The notes under the pieces were generated by a model that saw nothing but the letters and a program-made list of their open reading frames with translations, did not search any database and was not told the DNA's origin. Positions 32,016 to 40,671 of a DNA stretch of 64,000 bases are shown here, piece by piece. A program made the position numbers and the translations under genes. The DNA comes from Gemmatimonas sp. GTDB taxonomy: Bacteria; Pseudomonadota; Alphaproteobacteria; SMXQ01. The first letter of the stretch is position 1. Every line of letters starts with the position of its first letter. The DNA is taken from the NCBI GenBank assembly GCA_050260515.1, contig JBLNCI010000009.1:3669-67668 (forward strand), given 5' to 3'.

Positions 32016-32743
32016 CCGCTCTCGCGATCGATATCCGAGGCAAGGCTTTCGGCGACCGGAGCGTGCTGCGCGACGTGGTCTTCGACGCCGCCGAGGGCGA
32101 GATCGTCGCGGTGATGGGCGCTTCGGGGTGCGGCAAGTCCACGCTGCTGTCCCTGATCGCCGGGATCGATCGCGCCTACGAGGGAACGATCGCGCGGCCG
32201 GTGGCGTCCGCCCTCGGGATCGTGTTCCAGGAACCCCGACTGCTGCCGTGGCTGACCGCCCGCGCCAACGTCGAGCTGGTCGTGGAACGGCGACGCAACG
32301 CGCCCGCTCTCGCCATGCGCTGGCTGCGGCGCGTCGGGCTCGGAGACGCCGCGGATGTGCATCCGCGCACTTTGTCGCTCGGCATGGCGCGGCGCGTCGC
32401 AATGGCACGGGCGCTCGCTGTCGACCCCACGGTTCTGTTGCTGGACGAGCCGTTCTCCTCCCTCGACGAAGTGACGGCGGACCAACTGCGGGCGCTGCTG
32501 TTCGCAGAGGCTCGGGCACGGCGGATCACGACGATTGTCGCGACACACGACATCCGCGACGTCGTCGCCATCGCCGACCGGCTGATCGCGCTGCAAGGGT
32601 CGCCGGCCACGGTCACGGCGAACGTGCCGATCACCATGTCCGACGCCGCACGTCGCGACCGCGCTGCGCTGTCGCTGTGGACCGACCGGCTCCGCAGGCG
32701 ACTGGCTCTCGCGCAACCGGCCGCGGCGCGACGGGAGGCATGA
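32012..32743 (+). CDS. ABC transporter ATP-binding protein
   Basis: Part of ORF 31742..32743(+) from ATG 32012 (MTALAIDIRGKAF...). Walker A GASGCGKST, signature LSLGMARRVAMA, Walker B LLLDEPFS. Stop abuts the next ATG (TGAATG). Confidence 0.85.
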   Translation: MTALAIDIRGKAFGDRSVLRDVVFDAAEGEIVAVMGASGCGKSTLLSLIAGIDRAYEGTIARPVASALGIVFQEPRLLPWLTARANVELVVERRRNAPALAMRWLRRVGLGDAADVHPRTLSLGMARRVAMARALAVDPTVLLLDEPFSSLDEVTADQLRALLFAEARARRITTIVATHDIRDVVAIADRLIALQGSPATVTANVPITMSDAARRDRAALSLWTDRLRRRLALAQPAAARREA

Positions 32744-33922
32744 ATGCGGGTCGTGCTCGCTGCCTGCGCCGGATTGCTGCTGAGCGTCGGTGCCTCGGCG
32801 CAGCCGCGCGAGGCGGTCGCGATCGGATTCGTCACGCAGCACCTCAAGGCGCCCGCGCCGCCGAGCCCGCTCGACCTCGTGCCGGAGGACGCTGGGCTGC
32901 AGGGCGCGCGGCTCGGGATCGCCGACAACTCGACCACCGGCCGCTTCACCGGCCAGGAGTTCCGGCTCGAGGAGGCGGAGATCGAAGATCCGTCCGGTGC
33001 ACGTGCTGCGGTGCAGAGCCTTGTCGGTCGCGGCGCGCGGCTGATTGTCGCGGACGTACCCGCGCCGGCGGTAGAGGCCTTGGCCAAGGCGGCGGAGGAA
33101 GCGGGCGCTGTCGTTCTCAACACTCGCGCGCCGGACGACGCGCTCCGCAACGAGGCGTGCCGGCGCTCGCTATTCCACGTCGTTCCAAGCCGGGCCATGG
33201 AAGCCGACGCTCTCGCCCAATACCTGATCACGATGCGCTGGCCGCGTTGGCTGCTGGTCGTGGGCGGCGGTCCGGAAGACCGGCACTATGCCGACGCCGT
33301 GCGCGCCGCGGCGAAGCGCTTCGGCGGTAAAATCGTCGCCGAGAAGACGTGGACCTTCGAGCCCGGCAATCCGCACGCAGACAGCGGGCACGTGACGCTC
33401 CAGACCGAGATTCCTTCTTTCACCCGCGCACCCAATCATGACGTCCTGATCGTCGCCGACGAGGGCAATGTGTTCGGCGAATACCTGCCCTACCGGACGG
33501 CCCTGCCACGGCCCGTCGCGGGCACCCAGGGTCTGATCGCGACCGCCTGGTCGCCTGCGTTCGAACAATGGGGCGCGACCCAGCTCCAGAGTCGCTTCGA
33601 GCGGCAGGCCAAGCGCCCCATGACGCTTCGCGATTACACCGCCTGGCTCGCGGTGCGGGCGATCGGCGAGGCGGCGATCCGGACCCGCAGCGCCGATGTC
33701 CAGACGATCGCCGCGTACATGGAAAGCCCGAAGTTCGCGCTGGCGGGCTTCAAGGGACAGCCTCTGAGCTTCCGCCCGCGGGATCGTCAGTTGCGGCAGC
33801 CGGTGCTGGTCGCAGGACCACGCCTCGTGGTCTCGGTCTCGCCGCAGAGCGGGTTCCTTCACGAAGGCTCCCCGCTCGATTCGCTGGGGCCCGACCAAGG
33901 CGAATCCCGGTGCCGCTCATGA
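32744..33922 (+). CDS. ABC transporter substrate-binding protein, 'PQQ-dependent catabolism-associated' type
   Basis: ORF 32744..33922(+), 392 aa, signal peptide, periplasmic binding fold. Synteny with the beta-propeller, ATPase and ABC-2 permease upstream of xoxF matches the known PQQ-associated ABC cluster. Confidence 0.75.
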   Translation: MRVVLAACAGLLLSVGASAQPREAVAIGFVTQHLKAPAPPSPLDLVPEDAGLQGARLGIADNSTTGRFTGQEFRLEEAEIEDPSGARAAVQSLVGRGARLIVADVPAPAVEALAKAAEEAGAVVLNTRAPDDALRNEACRRSLFHVVPSRAMEADALAQYLITMRWPRWLLVVGGGPEDRHYADAVRAAAKRFGGKIVAEKTWTFEPGNPHADSGHVTLQTEIPSFTRAPNHDVLIVADEGNVFGEYLPYRTALPRPVAGTQGLIATAWSPAFEQWGATQLQSRFERQAKRPMTLRDYTAWLAVRAIGEAAIRTRSADVQTIAAYMESPKFALAGFKGQPLSFRPRDRQLRQPVLVAGPRLVVSVSPQSGFLHEGSPLDSLGPDQGESRCRS

Positions 33923-34878
33923 TCCGTGTCGCACTCGCGGTGATCGGGATCCTGGTCGCCGCCACCGCCGAGGCCGACACGATCTTCGTCTCGAACGAGA
34001 CCGACAACACGGTCACCGTCATCGACGCCGGGACACTGGCGGTGATCGATACCGTCGCGGTCGGCCGCCGTCCGCGCGGCATCGAGGCGAGCCCGGATGG
34101 CGCCCGTGTCTACGTGGCGCTGGGCGACGACGACCGCATCGCGGTGATCGACACGAAGACCCGCAAGGTCGTCGAGAGGCTGAAGTCCGGCGACGACCCC
34201 GAGCGATTCGTCGTCTCGCCCGACGGCAGGACCCTTTATGTCGCCAACGAGAACGACAACGTGATGTCGATCCTCGATCTCGCGTCGCGCAAGGTGGTCG
34301 CCGAGGTGCCGGTGGGTGTCGAGCCCGAAGGCATGGCGGTGTCTCCGGACGGCGGCATGGTGGTGTGCACGTCCGAAACCACCAGCATGGCTCATTTCAT
34401 CGACGTGAAGGCGCGGGAGCTGATCGACAACGTGCTGATCGACACCCGGCCCCGCGCGGCACTCTTCGAGCCGGACGGCAAGCGCGTGTGGCTCACCTCG
34501 GAGCTGCGCGGGACCGCGACGGTGCTCGACACCGCGACCCGTGAGGAGCTCGGTCAGGTCGAGTTCGCGATCCCCGGCGTGCCGCAGGAGCTGGTGCAGG
34601 CGGTCGGGCTGACCATGACTCGCGACGGCAAGAGGCTCTTCGTCGCGCTCGGGCCTTCGGCGCGGGTCGCCGAGGTGGATCCGGCGACGCTCAAGCCGGT
34701 GCGCTACCACCTCGTGGGCCAGCGGGTGTGGAACGTGGCGCTGTCGCCGGACGAATCGCGCCTCTACACCGCGAACGGCACCACGGACGACGTCTCGGTG
34801 ATCGACCTCAAGAGCAACCGGGTCGTGAAATCGTTCGGCGTCGGCCGCGGCCCATGGGGACTGGCGGTGGTGCCGTGA
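33919..34878 (+). CDS. YVTN-repeat beta-propeller protein, PQQ-dependent catabolism-associated
   Basis: Part of ORF 33568..34878(+) from ATG 33919 (MIRVALAVIGILVAATAEADTIFVSNETDNTVTVIDAGTLAVIDTVAVGRRPRGIEASPDGARVYVA...). Repeated 'SPDG..LYVAN' YVTN blades. Confidence 0.8.
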   Translation: MIRVALAVIGILVAATAEADTIFVSNETDNTVTVIDAGTLAVIDTVAVGRRPRGIEASPDGARVYVALGDDDRIAVIDTKTRKVVERLKSGDDPERFVVSPDGRTLYVANENDNVMSILDLASRKVVAEVPVGVEPEGMAVSPDGGMVVCTSETTSMAHFIDVKARELIDNVLIDTRPRAALFEPDGKRVWLTSELRGTATVLDTATREELGQVEFAIPGVPQELVQAVGLTMTRDGKRLFVALGPSARVAEVDPATLKPVRYHLVGQRVWNVALSPDESRLYTANGTTDDVSVIDLKSNRVVKSFGVGRGPWGLAVVP

Positions 34879-35597
34879 ACGCGCTCGCCTTCGAGTCGGT
34901 CAGCCACACCTACGGTGCCCGCCGCGCGCTCGACCGCGTCTCGTTCAGCGTCGCGCCTGGCGAGTTCGCGGTGCTGCTGGGCCTCAACGGCGCCGGAAAG
35001 ACAACGCTGTTCGCGCTCGCATCAGGCCTCCTGCCGCTGCAGACGGGACGCGTGTCGGTGGCCGGGCATCCGTTGCCGCGCCGCCGCGGCGCGGCGCTGG
35101 CGCACGCGGGGTTCGTCTTCCAGCAGTCCGCGCTCGATCTCGACCTGACGGTCGCCGAGACGCTGCGCTACCACGCCGCGCTCCACGGTCAGTCGCGCGC
35201 CGAGGCGCGCCGGCGCATCGCCGCCGAGCTCGACCGCTTCGGGCTGGCCGATCGCGCGCGCGATCCCGTCCGCACGCTGTCCGGCGGTCAGCGGCGCCGG
35301 GTCGAGATCGCCCGGGCGCTTCTCCATGGCCCGCAGGTGCTGTTGCTGGACGAGCCGACCGTCGGTCTCGACGTGCCGAGCCGCAAGGCGATTCTCGATC
35401 GCTGTCACGCCCTCTGCCGCGAGCGGGGGGCGGCGGTGCTGTGGGCGACGCACCTTCTCGACGAAGTGACGGGTGACGACCGCGTCGTCGTGCTTCATGC
35501 CGGGCGTGTCATCGCCGACGGGCGGGCCGACGCGCTGGCGGGCGCAGAGCCGTTTCCGCGACGGTTCTCGGCGATGATCGGCGTGGAGGCGGCGTGA
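34875..35597 (+). CDS. ABC transporter ATP-binding protein (ABC-2 type)
   Basis: Part of ORF 34728..35597(+) from GTG 34875. Walker A GLNGAGKTT, signature LSGGQRRRVEIA, Walker B LLLDEPTVGLD. Confidence 0.85.
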   Translation: MNALAFESVSHTYGARRALDRVSFSVAPGEFAVLLGLNGAGKTTLFALASGLLPLQTGRVSVAGHPLPRRRGAALAHAGFVFQQSALDLDLTVAETLRYHAALHGQSRAEARRRIAAELDRFGLADRARDPVRTLSGGQRRRVEIARALLHGPQVLLLDEPTVGLDVPSRKAILDRCHALCRERGAAVLWATHLLDEVTGDDRVVVLHAGRVIADGRADALAGAEPFPRRFSAMIGVEAA

Positions 35598-36394
35598 TGC
35601 TGTGGCTGCGCGCCTTCGTCGGAATCGTCGAGCGCGACTTCCTCCGCTTCCTGCGCCAGCGCAGCCGCTTCTTCGCCTCGCTGGTGCGGCCGCTGGTGTG
35701 GCTCGTGGTGTTCGCGGCCGGCTTCCGCACCGTGCTCGGGCTGTCGCGGATTCCGCCGTACGACACCTACGTCCTGTACGAGGAGTACGTGACGCCCGGG
35801 CTGGTCGGACTGATCCTGCTATTCAACGGCATGCTCGTCGCGCTTGCGATGGTGTTCGACCGCGAGATGGGCAGCATGAAGGTCCTGCTGGTGAGCCCTC
35901 TGCCGCGCTGGTACCTGCTGACCTGTCGACTCCTCGCCGGTGTCATTGTTGCGTTTCCGCAGGTGTACGCGTTCCTCGCCGTGGCATGGTTGTGGGGAAT
36001 TGCGCCGCCCCCGGCAGGGTACTTCTACGCGATTCCCGCCGTCGCGCTCGCCGGCCTGATGCTCGGCGCAATCGGCCTCCTCGTCTCGTCGCTCGTCGAG
36101 CAGCTTGAGAACTTCGCCGGGGTGATGAACTTCGTCATCTTCCCGATGTTCTTCGCCTCGACCGCCCTTTACCCGCTGTGGCGGCTCAATGACGCCAATC
36201 CGGTTCTGGCCACCATCGCCCGGCTGAATCCCTTCAGCCACGCGGTCGAGCTGATCCGGTTCGCGCTGTACGGAAGGTTCGAGCCGGTGGCGCTCGCCGT
36301 CGTCGCCGGGACGACGCTGGTGGCGATGGCGCTCGCGGTGTGGCGGTATGACACCGGCCGGATCCTCCGGGGCCGCGTCGCCGCAACCGACTGA
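35594..36394 (+). CDS. ABC-2 family transporter permease
   Basis: ORF 35594..36394(+), 266 aa, 6 TM, ABC-2 type. Confidence 0.8.
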   Translation: MMLWLRAFVGIVERDFLRFLRQRSRFFASLVRPLVWLVVFAAGFRTVLGLSRIPPYDTYVLYEEYVTPGLVGLILLFNGMLVALAMVFDREMGSMKVLLVSPLPRWYLLTCRLLAGVIVAFPQVYAFLAVAWLWGIAPPPAGYFYAIPAVALAGLMLGAIGLLVSSLVEQLENFAGVMNFVIFPMFFASTALYPLWRLNDANPVLATIARLNPFSHAVELIRFALYGRFEPVALAVVAGTTLVAMALAVWRYDTGRILRGRVAATD

Positions 36395-36470
36395 GCCGAG
36401 CGAAGCTGGAACGAAATGATCGAGCGCACGTTTTTCAGGCAGTCGCCGAGGCTGCCCGAGGACACGTCGC

Positions 36471-38276
36471 GTGAGAACCGCCGTCCGGACCGCACTGCTC
36501 GCCGCGGCGAGCTTGGCCGCATCGCTGACGTGGACCGCGGCGATCGCCGAGCCGCCGCAGCCGCCGTCTTCGGCGGCGCCGGCCGATGACGGCAACTGGC
36601 GCATCCCGGGCAAGAACTACGCGGCGACGCGGTTCAGCGAGCTCGACGAGATCACGCCGGACAATGTGAAGCAACTGCAGGTCGCGTTCACGTTTTCGAT
36701 GGGCGTGCTGCGCGGCCAGGAATCGGCGCCGCTCGTGGTCGACGGCACTATGTACGTCGTCACGCCGTACCCCAACATCCTCTACGCGCTCGATCTCACC
36801 CAGCCCGGCGCACCAGTGAAGTGGAAGTACGAGCCGAAGCCGAGTGCCTCGGCCCAGGGCGTGGCGTGCTGCGACTTCGTCAATCGCGGCCCGACGTTCG
36901 ACAACGGCAAGCTGTTCATCACCACGCTCGACAACCAGACCGCGGCGGTCGACGCCGCGACCGGTAAGGAGCTGTGGAAGACGAAGCTCGGCGACATCAA
37001 CAAGGGCGAGACGATGACGATGGCGCCGCTCGTCGTCCGCGGAAAGGTTCTGGTCGGCAACAGCGGCGGCGAGATGGGCGTGCGTGGCTGGCTCACCGCG
37101 CTCGACGAGAACACCGGCAAGATCGCCTGGCGTGCGTACTCGACCGGCCCCGACAAGGACGTGCTGATCGGCGCGGACTTCAAGCCGTTCTACGACATGG
37201 ACAAGGGCACCGATCTCGGCGTGTCGTCATGGCCGCCCGATGCCTGGCAGACCGGCGGCGGGACGGTGTGGGGCTGGATCGCCTACGACCCCGACCTCAA
37301 CCTGATCTACTACGGCACCGGCAACCCCGGTCCGTGGAACGCCGACCAGCGTCCCGGCGACAACAAGTGGACCGCCGGCATCTTCGCGCGCAACCCCGAT
37401 ACCGGGCAGGCGCGCTGGTACTACCAGCTCAGCCCCCACGACCTCGCCGACTACGACGGCATCAACGAGATCATTCTGCTCGACGCCACCATCGAAGGGC
37501 AGCAGCGGAAGGTGCTGATCCGCCCCGAGCGTAACGGCTATCTCTACGTCCTCGACCGCACCACCGGCGAGGTGCTGTCGGCCGATCCCTACGTCCACAT
37601 CAACTCGACGAAGGGCGTCGATCTCGCGACCGGCCGGCTCCAGGAGAACGAGGCCAAGCATTCGCAACTCGGCAAGGTGGTGCGGGACGTCTGCCCGGCG
37701 GCGCCGGGTGCGAAGGACTGGAACCCGTCGGCGTACTCCCACAAGACCGGGCTCCTCTACATCCCGCATCTCAATCTGTGCATGGACTGGGAGAGCGTCG
37801 AGGTCAGCTACATCGCCGGCACTCCCTACGTCGGCGCCAACGTGCGGATGTACGGCGGGCCGGGCGGCTACCGCGGCGAGCTCACCGCCTGGGACCCCGT
37901 CGCACGCAAGCGCGTCTGGAGCGTGAAGGAGAACTTCCCGCTGTGGAGCGGCGTCGCCGCGACCGCCGGCAATCTCGTCTTCTACGGAACCCTCGACGGC
38001 TGGTTCAAGGCGGTGAACGCCGAGAGCGGCGAAATCATCTGGCAGTTCAAGGTCGGTTCCGGGATCGTCGGCCAGCCGACGGTCTACCGCGGGCCCGACG
38101 GCCACGAGTACGTCGCGATCCTGTCCGGCGTCGGCGGCTGGGTCGGAGCGGTGGTCGCGGGCGACCTCGACCCCCGCGACCAGACCGCGGCGGGTGGCAT
38201 CGCCAACGCCGTCACCGATCTGTCCAAAGCCACGACGAAGGGAGGGACGCTCTATGTCTTCTCTCTTCCGCGCTAG
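36471..38276 (+). CDS. xoxF: PQQ-dependent methanol/ethanol-family dehydrogenase, lanthanide-dependent XoxF-type
   Basis: ORF 36471..38276(+), 601 aa. Signal peptide, 8-bladed PQQ propeller (W-motifs), vicinal Cys-Cys (GVACCDF), catalytic Asp followed by the extra Asp (HDLADYDGINE = D-Y-D) that marks Ln3+-dependent enzymes. Confidence 0.9.
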   Translation: MRTAVRTALLAAASLAASLTWTAAIAEPPQPPSSAAPADDGNWRIPGKNYAATRFSELDEITPDNVKQLQVAFTFSMGVLRGQESAPLVVDGTMYVVTPYPNILYALDLTQPGAPVKWKYEPKPSASAQGVACCDFVNRGPTFDNGKLFITTLDNQTAAVDAATGKELWKTKLGDINKGETMTMAPLVVRGKVLVGNSGGEMGVRGWLTALDENTGKIAWRAYSTGPDKDVLIGADFKPFYDMDKGTDLGVSSWPPDAWQTGGGTVWGWIAYDPDLNLIYYGTGNPGPWNADQRPGDNKWTAGIFARNPDTGQARWYYQLSPHDLADYDGINEIILLDATIEGQQRKVLIRPERNGYLYVLDRTTGEVLSADPYVHINSTKGVDLATGRLQENEAKHSQLGKVVRDVCPAAPGAKDWNPSAYSHKTGLLYIPHLNLCMDWESVEVSYIAGTPYVGANVRMYGGPGGYRGELTAWDPVARKRVWSVKENFPLWSGVAATAGNLVFYGTLDGWFKAVNAESGEIIWQFKVGSGIVGQPTVYRGPDGHEYVAILSGVGGWVGAVVAGDLDPRDQTAAGGIANAVTDLSKATTKGGTLYVFSLPR

Positions 38277-39081
38277 TGCTCTTGCTGTCCTCGCCGCTCT
38301 GATCGCGTCAGGCGCGGACGCCCGCACGCTCCGTGTCTGCGCCGATCCCAACAACCTGCCGTACTCGAACGAGCGCGGCGAAGGCTTCGAGAACCGGATC
38401 GCCGACGTGCTGGCACGCGATCTCGGCGCCGACGTCGAGTACACCTGGTGGGCGCAGCGGCGCGGCTTCGTGCGCAATACGATCAAGGCGGGCCTCTGCG
38501 ACGTCGTGATCGGCGTGCCGGCCAACTTCGAGATGCTGCGCACCACCCGGCCGTATTACCGCTCGGGCTACGTATTCGTGACGGCCCACGACAGCGATCT
38601 CGACATCGCGTCGTTCGACGACCCGCGCCTCAGGACGTTGCGGGTGGGCGTGCAGATGATCGGCAACGACGCCTCGAACACGCCGCCCGCCCACGCGCTC
38701 GCCAGGCGCGGCATCATCGACAACGTGCGTGGCTACATGATCTATGGCGACTACGCCGACGACGCCCCGACCGCGCGCGTGGTCGATGCCGTCGCCAAGC
38801 GCGAGGTCGACGTCGCGATCGTGTGGGGGCCGCAGGCGGGATACTTCGCTCGCCGCGAGCCGCTCGCGCTGTCGTTGACGCCGGTCAGCCCGCGCATCGA
38901 CGGGCCGACGCTCCCGATGGTGTTCGACATCGCGATCGGCGTGCGCCGCGAGGACAATGCGCTGCGCCAGGAGCTCGATCGCGCGCTCGGCCGCCACCGC
39001 ACGGAGATCGCGGCGATTCTCGACGACTACGGCGTGCCGCGGCTCGACGCGCCCCGGCCGGTCGCGGGAGGCGCGCAATGA
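38254..39081 (+). CDS. xoxJ: quinoprotein dehydrogenase-associated periplasmic binding protein (XoxJ/MxaJ-like)
   Basis: Part of ORF 38194..39081(+) from ATG 38254 (MSSLFRASALAVLAALIASGADARTLRVCADPNNLPYSNERGEGFE...), SBP-fold MxaJ family. Overlaps the xoxF 3' end by 23 nt. Confidence 0.75.
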   Translation: MSSLFRASALAVLAALIASGADARTLRVCADPNNLPYSNERGEGFENRIADVLARDLGADVEYTWWAQRRGFVRNTIKAGLCDVVIGVPANFEMLRTTRPYYRSGYVFVTAHDSDLDIASFDDPRLRTLRVGVQMIGNDASNTPPAHALARRGIIDNVRGYMIYGDYADDAPTARVVDAVAKREVDVAIVWGPQAGYFARREPLALSLTPVSPRIDGPTLPMVFDIAIGVRREDNALRQELDRALGRHRTEIAAILDDYGVPRLDAPRPVAGGAQ

Positions 39082-39620
39082 GAGTTCTGGCCGCTGTCCT
39101 GATGCTGGTCCTCACCGTGGCCGCGTGCGAGCGCGAGGAGCGCGACAGCCGCGAGCAGCAGGCGCCCGCGTCCTCGACCCGCACGCTGTCCCAGAGCGAC
39201 ATCTATCCGGGCGCCTCGAGCACGCCACCGCCGTCGTCGAGCCGCTACGACGATCGCGCCTTCGACGTGTCGGAGGGGCAGCGTCTGTTCTCGTCGTTCA
39301 ACTGCGTCGGCTGCCACGCCCATGGCGGCGGCGGCATGGGGCCGCCGTTGATGGACGAGCACTGGATCTACGGCAGCGAGCCCAACAACATTTTCGCGAC
39401 GATCGTCGAAGGGCGGCCGAACGGCATGCCGTCGTTCGGCGGCCTCATCCCCGATCAGCAGGTGTGGCAGCTCGTCGCCTACGTGCGGTCGCTCAGCGGC
39501 CTGGTGCCGAAGACGTCGTCCTCGACCCGCACCGACCACATGAGCGAGAAAGTCCCCCAGCAGCCTCAGGACTTTCAGCAGCCCGACAGCTCGGTGACTC
39601 CGCCGAGCGCGACAAAATGA
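39078..39620 (+). CDS. c-type cytochrome (lipoprotein signal, single CXXCH haem site)
   Basis: In-frame tail of ORF 38448..39620 from ATG 39078 (MRVLAAVLMLVLTVAACERE...FNCVGCHAHGGGGMGPPL...). Class I cytochrome c fold, lipobox LTVAAC. ATGA overlaps with both neighbours. Confidence 0.8.
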   Translation: MRVLAAVLMLVLTVAACEREERDSREQQAPASSTRTLSQSDIYPGASSTPPPSSSRYDDRAFDVSEGQRLFSSFNCVGCHAHGGGGMGPPLMDEHWIYGSEPNNIFATIVEGRPNGMPSFGGLIPDQQVWQLVAYVRSLSGLVPKTSSSTRTDHMSEKVPQQPQDFQQPDSSVTPPSATK

Positions 39621-40654
39621 TGGTGGCCGCGCCGGCGGGCCGCGCGCTGCTGGCGGCGGGAGTCCTCGCTGTGGCGGGGTGCGCCGGCAACGGCAGTCAA
39701 TCGGCGCTCGACACCGCCGGCAGCCACGCCGACCGCATCGCATCGCTGTGGTGGGTGTTCCTGTGGGTGTGTGCGGCCGTCTACGTCGTCGTCATCGCCG
39801 CGCTGCTCTACGGCGTGTGGCGGCGGTCCGGCCGAGGTGAGGCCGTCGTCGTCGACCCCGATCCCGCATCGGAGGCGACCCGCCGGACCGTCGTCTCGAC
39901 GGCGGTCGGTCTCACGATCGTCGTCGTCGTCGCGCTGACCGCCGCCAGCTACCTGACCGATCGCGCGCTCGCGACCGACGGCGCCGACGACCCCTCGGCG
40001 GTGCGCATCAAGCTCACCGGCCATCAGTGGTGGTGGCAGGTGGTGTACGACGACCCGGTGGCGGCGAGGCAGGTGACGACCGCGAACGAGATCCACATTC
40101 CGGTCGGGCGCGCCGCCATCATCCAGCTCCAGTCATCCGACGTCATCCACAGCTTCTGGGTGCCGAACCTCAACGGCAAGCAGGACCTGATCCCCGGACG
40201 CAACACCAACACGATCCGCGTCCGCCCCGAACGGATCGGCACGTTCCGCGGCCAGTGCGCCGAGTTCTGCGGCGCCCAGCATGCGAACATGGCGATGCTG
40301 GTGCACGTCGATTCCGCGGACGACTTCGACAAGTGGCGCGACGGCCAGCTCGCGTCGGCGGCCGAGCCCGCCGACGACGAATCGCGGCGCGGCCGCGACG
40401 TGTTCCTGTCGTCCTCGTGCGTGCTCTGTCACACGGTGCGGGGCATCGGCGCGGGCGGCCGCGCCGGCCCCGACCTCACCCATGTCGCGAGCCGCGAGAC
40501 GCTCGCCGCGGCGACGATCCCCAACACCACTGGACACCTGGCCGCGTGGATCGCCGATCCGCAGCGGATCAAGGAAGGCGTTCACATGCCGAGCAACGGG
40601 CTTGATCCCGAGGATCTCCAGGCATTGCTCGCGTACCTCCGGACCCTCGAATAG
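39617..40654 (+). CDS. ctaC: cytochrome c oxidase subunit II with fused C-terminal cytochrome c domain (caa3-type)
   Basis: In-frame part of ORF 38957..40654 from ATG 39617 (MMVAAPAGRALLAAGVLAVAGCAGN...). CuA site (HSFWVPNLNGKQD...CAEFCGAQHANM) and C-terminal CVLCH haem-c domain. Confidence 0.85.
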   Translation: MMVAAPAGRALLAAGVLAVAGCAGNGSQSALDTAGSHADRIASLWWVFLWVCAAVYVVVIAALLYGVWRRSGRGEAVVVDPDPASEATRRTVVSTAVGLTIVVVVALTAASYLTDRALATDGADDPSAVRIKLTGHQWWWQVVYDDPVAARQVTTANEIHIPVGRAAIIQLQSSDVIHSFWVPNLNGKQDLIPGRNTNTIRVRPERIGTFRGQCAEFCGAQHANMAMLVHVDSADDFDKWRDGQLASAAEPADDESRRGRDVFLSSSCVLCHTVRGIGAGGRAGPDLTHVASRETLAAATIPNTTGHLAAWIADPQRIKEGVHMPSNGLDPEDLQALLAYLRTLE

Positions 40655-40671
40655 CAAGTACACGGGACACC

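Noticed and set aside
38957-40654. 565-aa ORF implying a 220-aa N-terminal extension of cytochrome oxidase subunit II
   Set aside because: The extension overlaps xoxJ and the cytochrome c gene in another frame and is Arg/Pro-rich. The conserved CoxB begins at ATG 39617, whose ATGA overlaps the cytochrome c stop.
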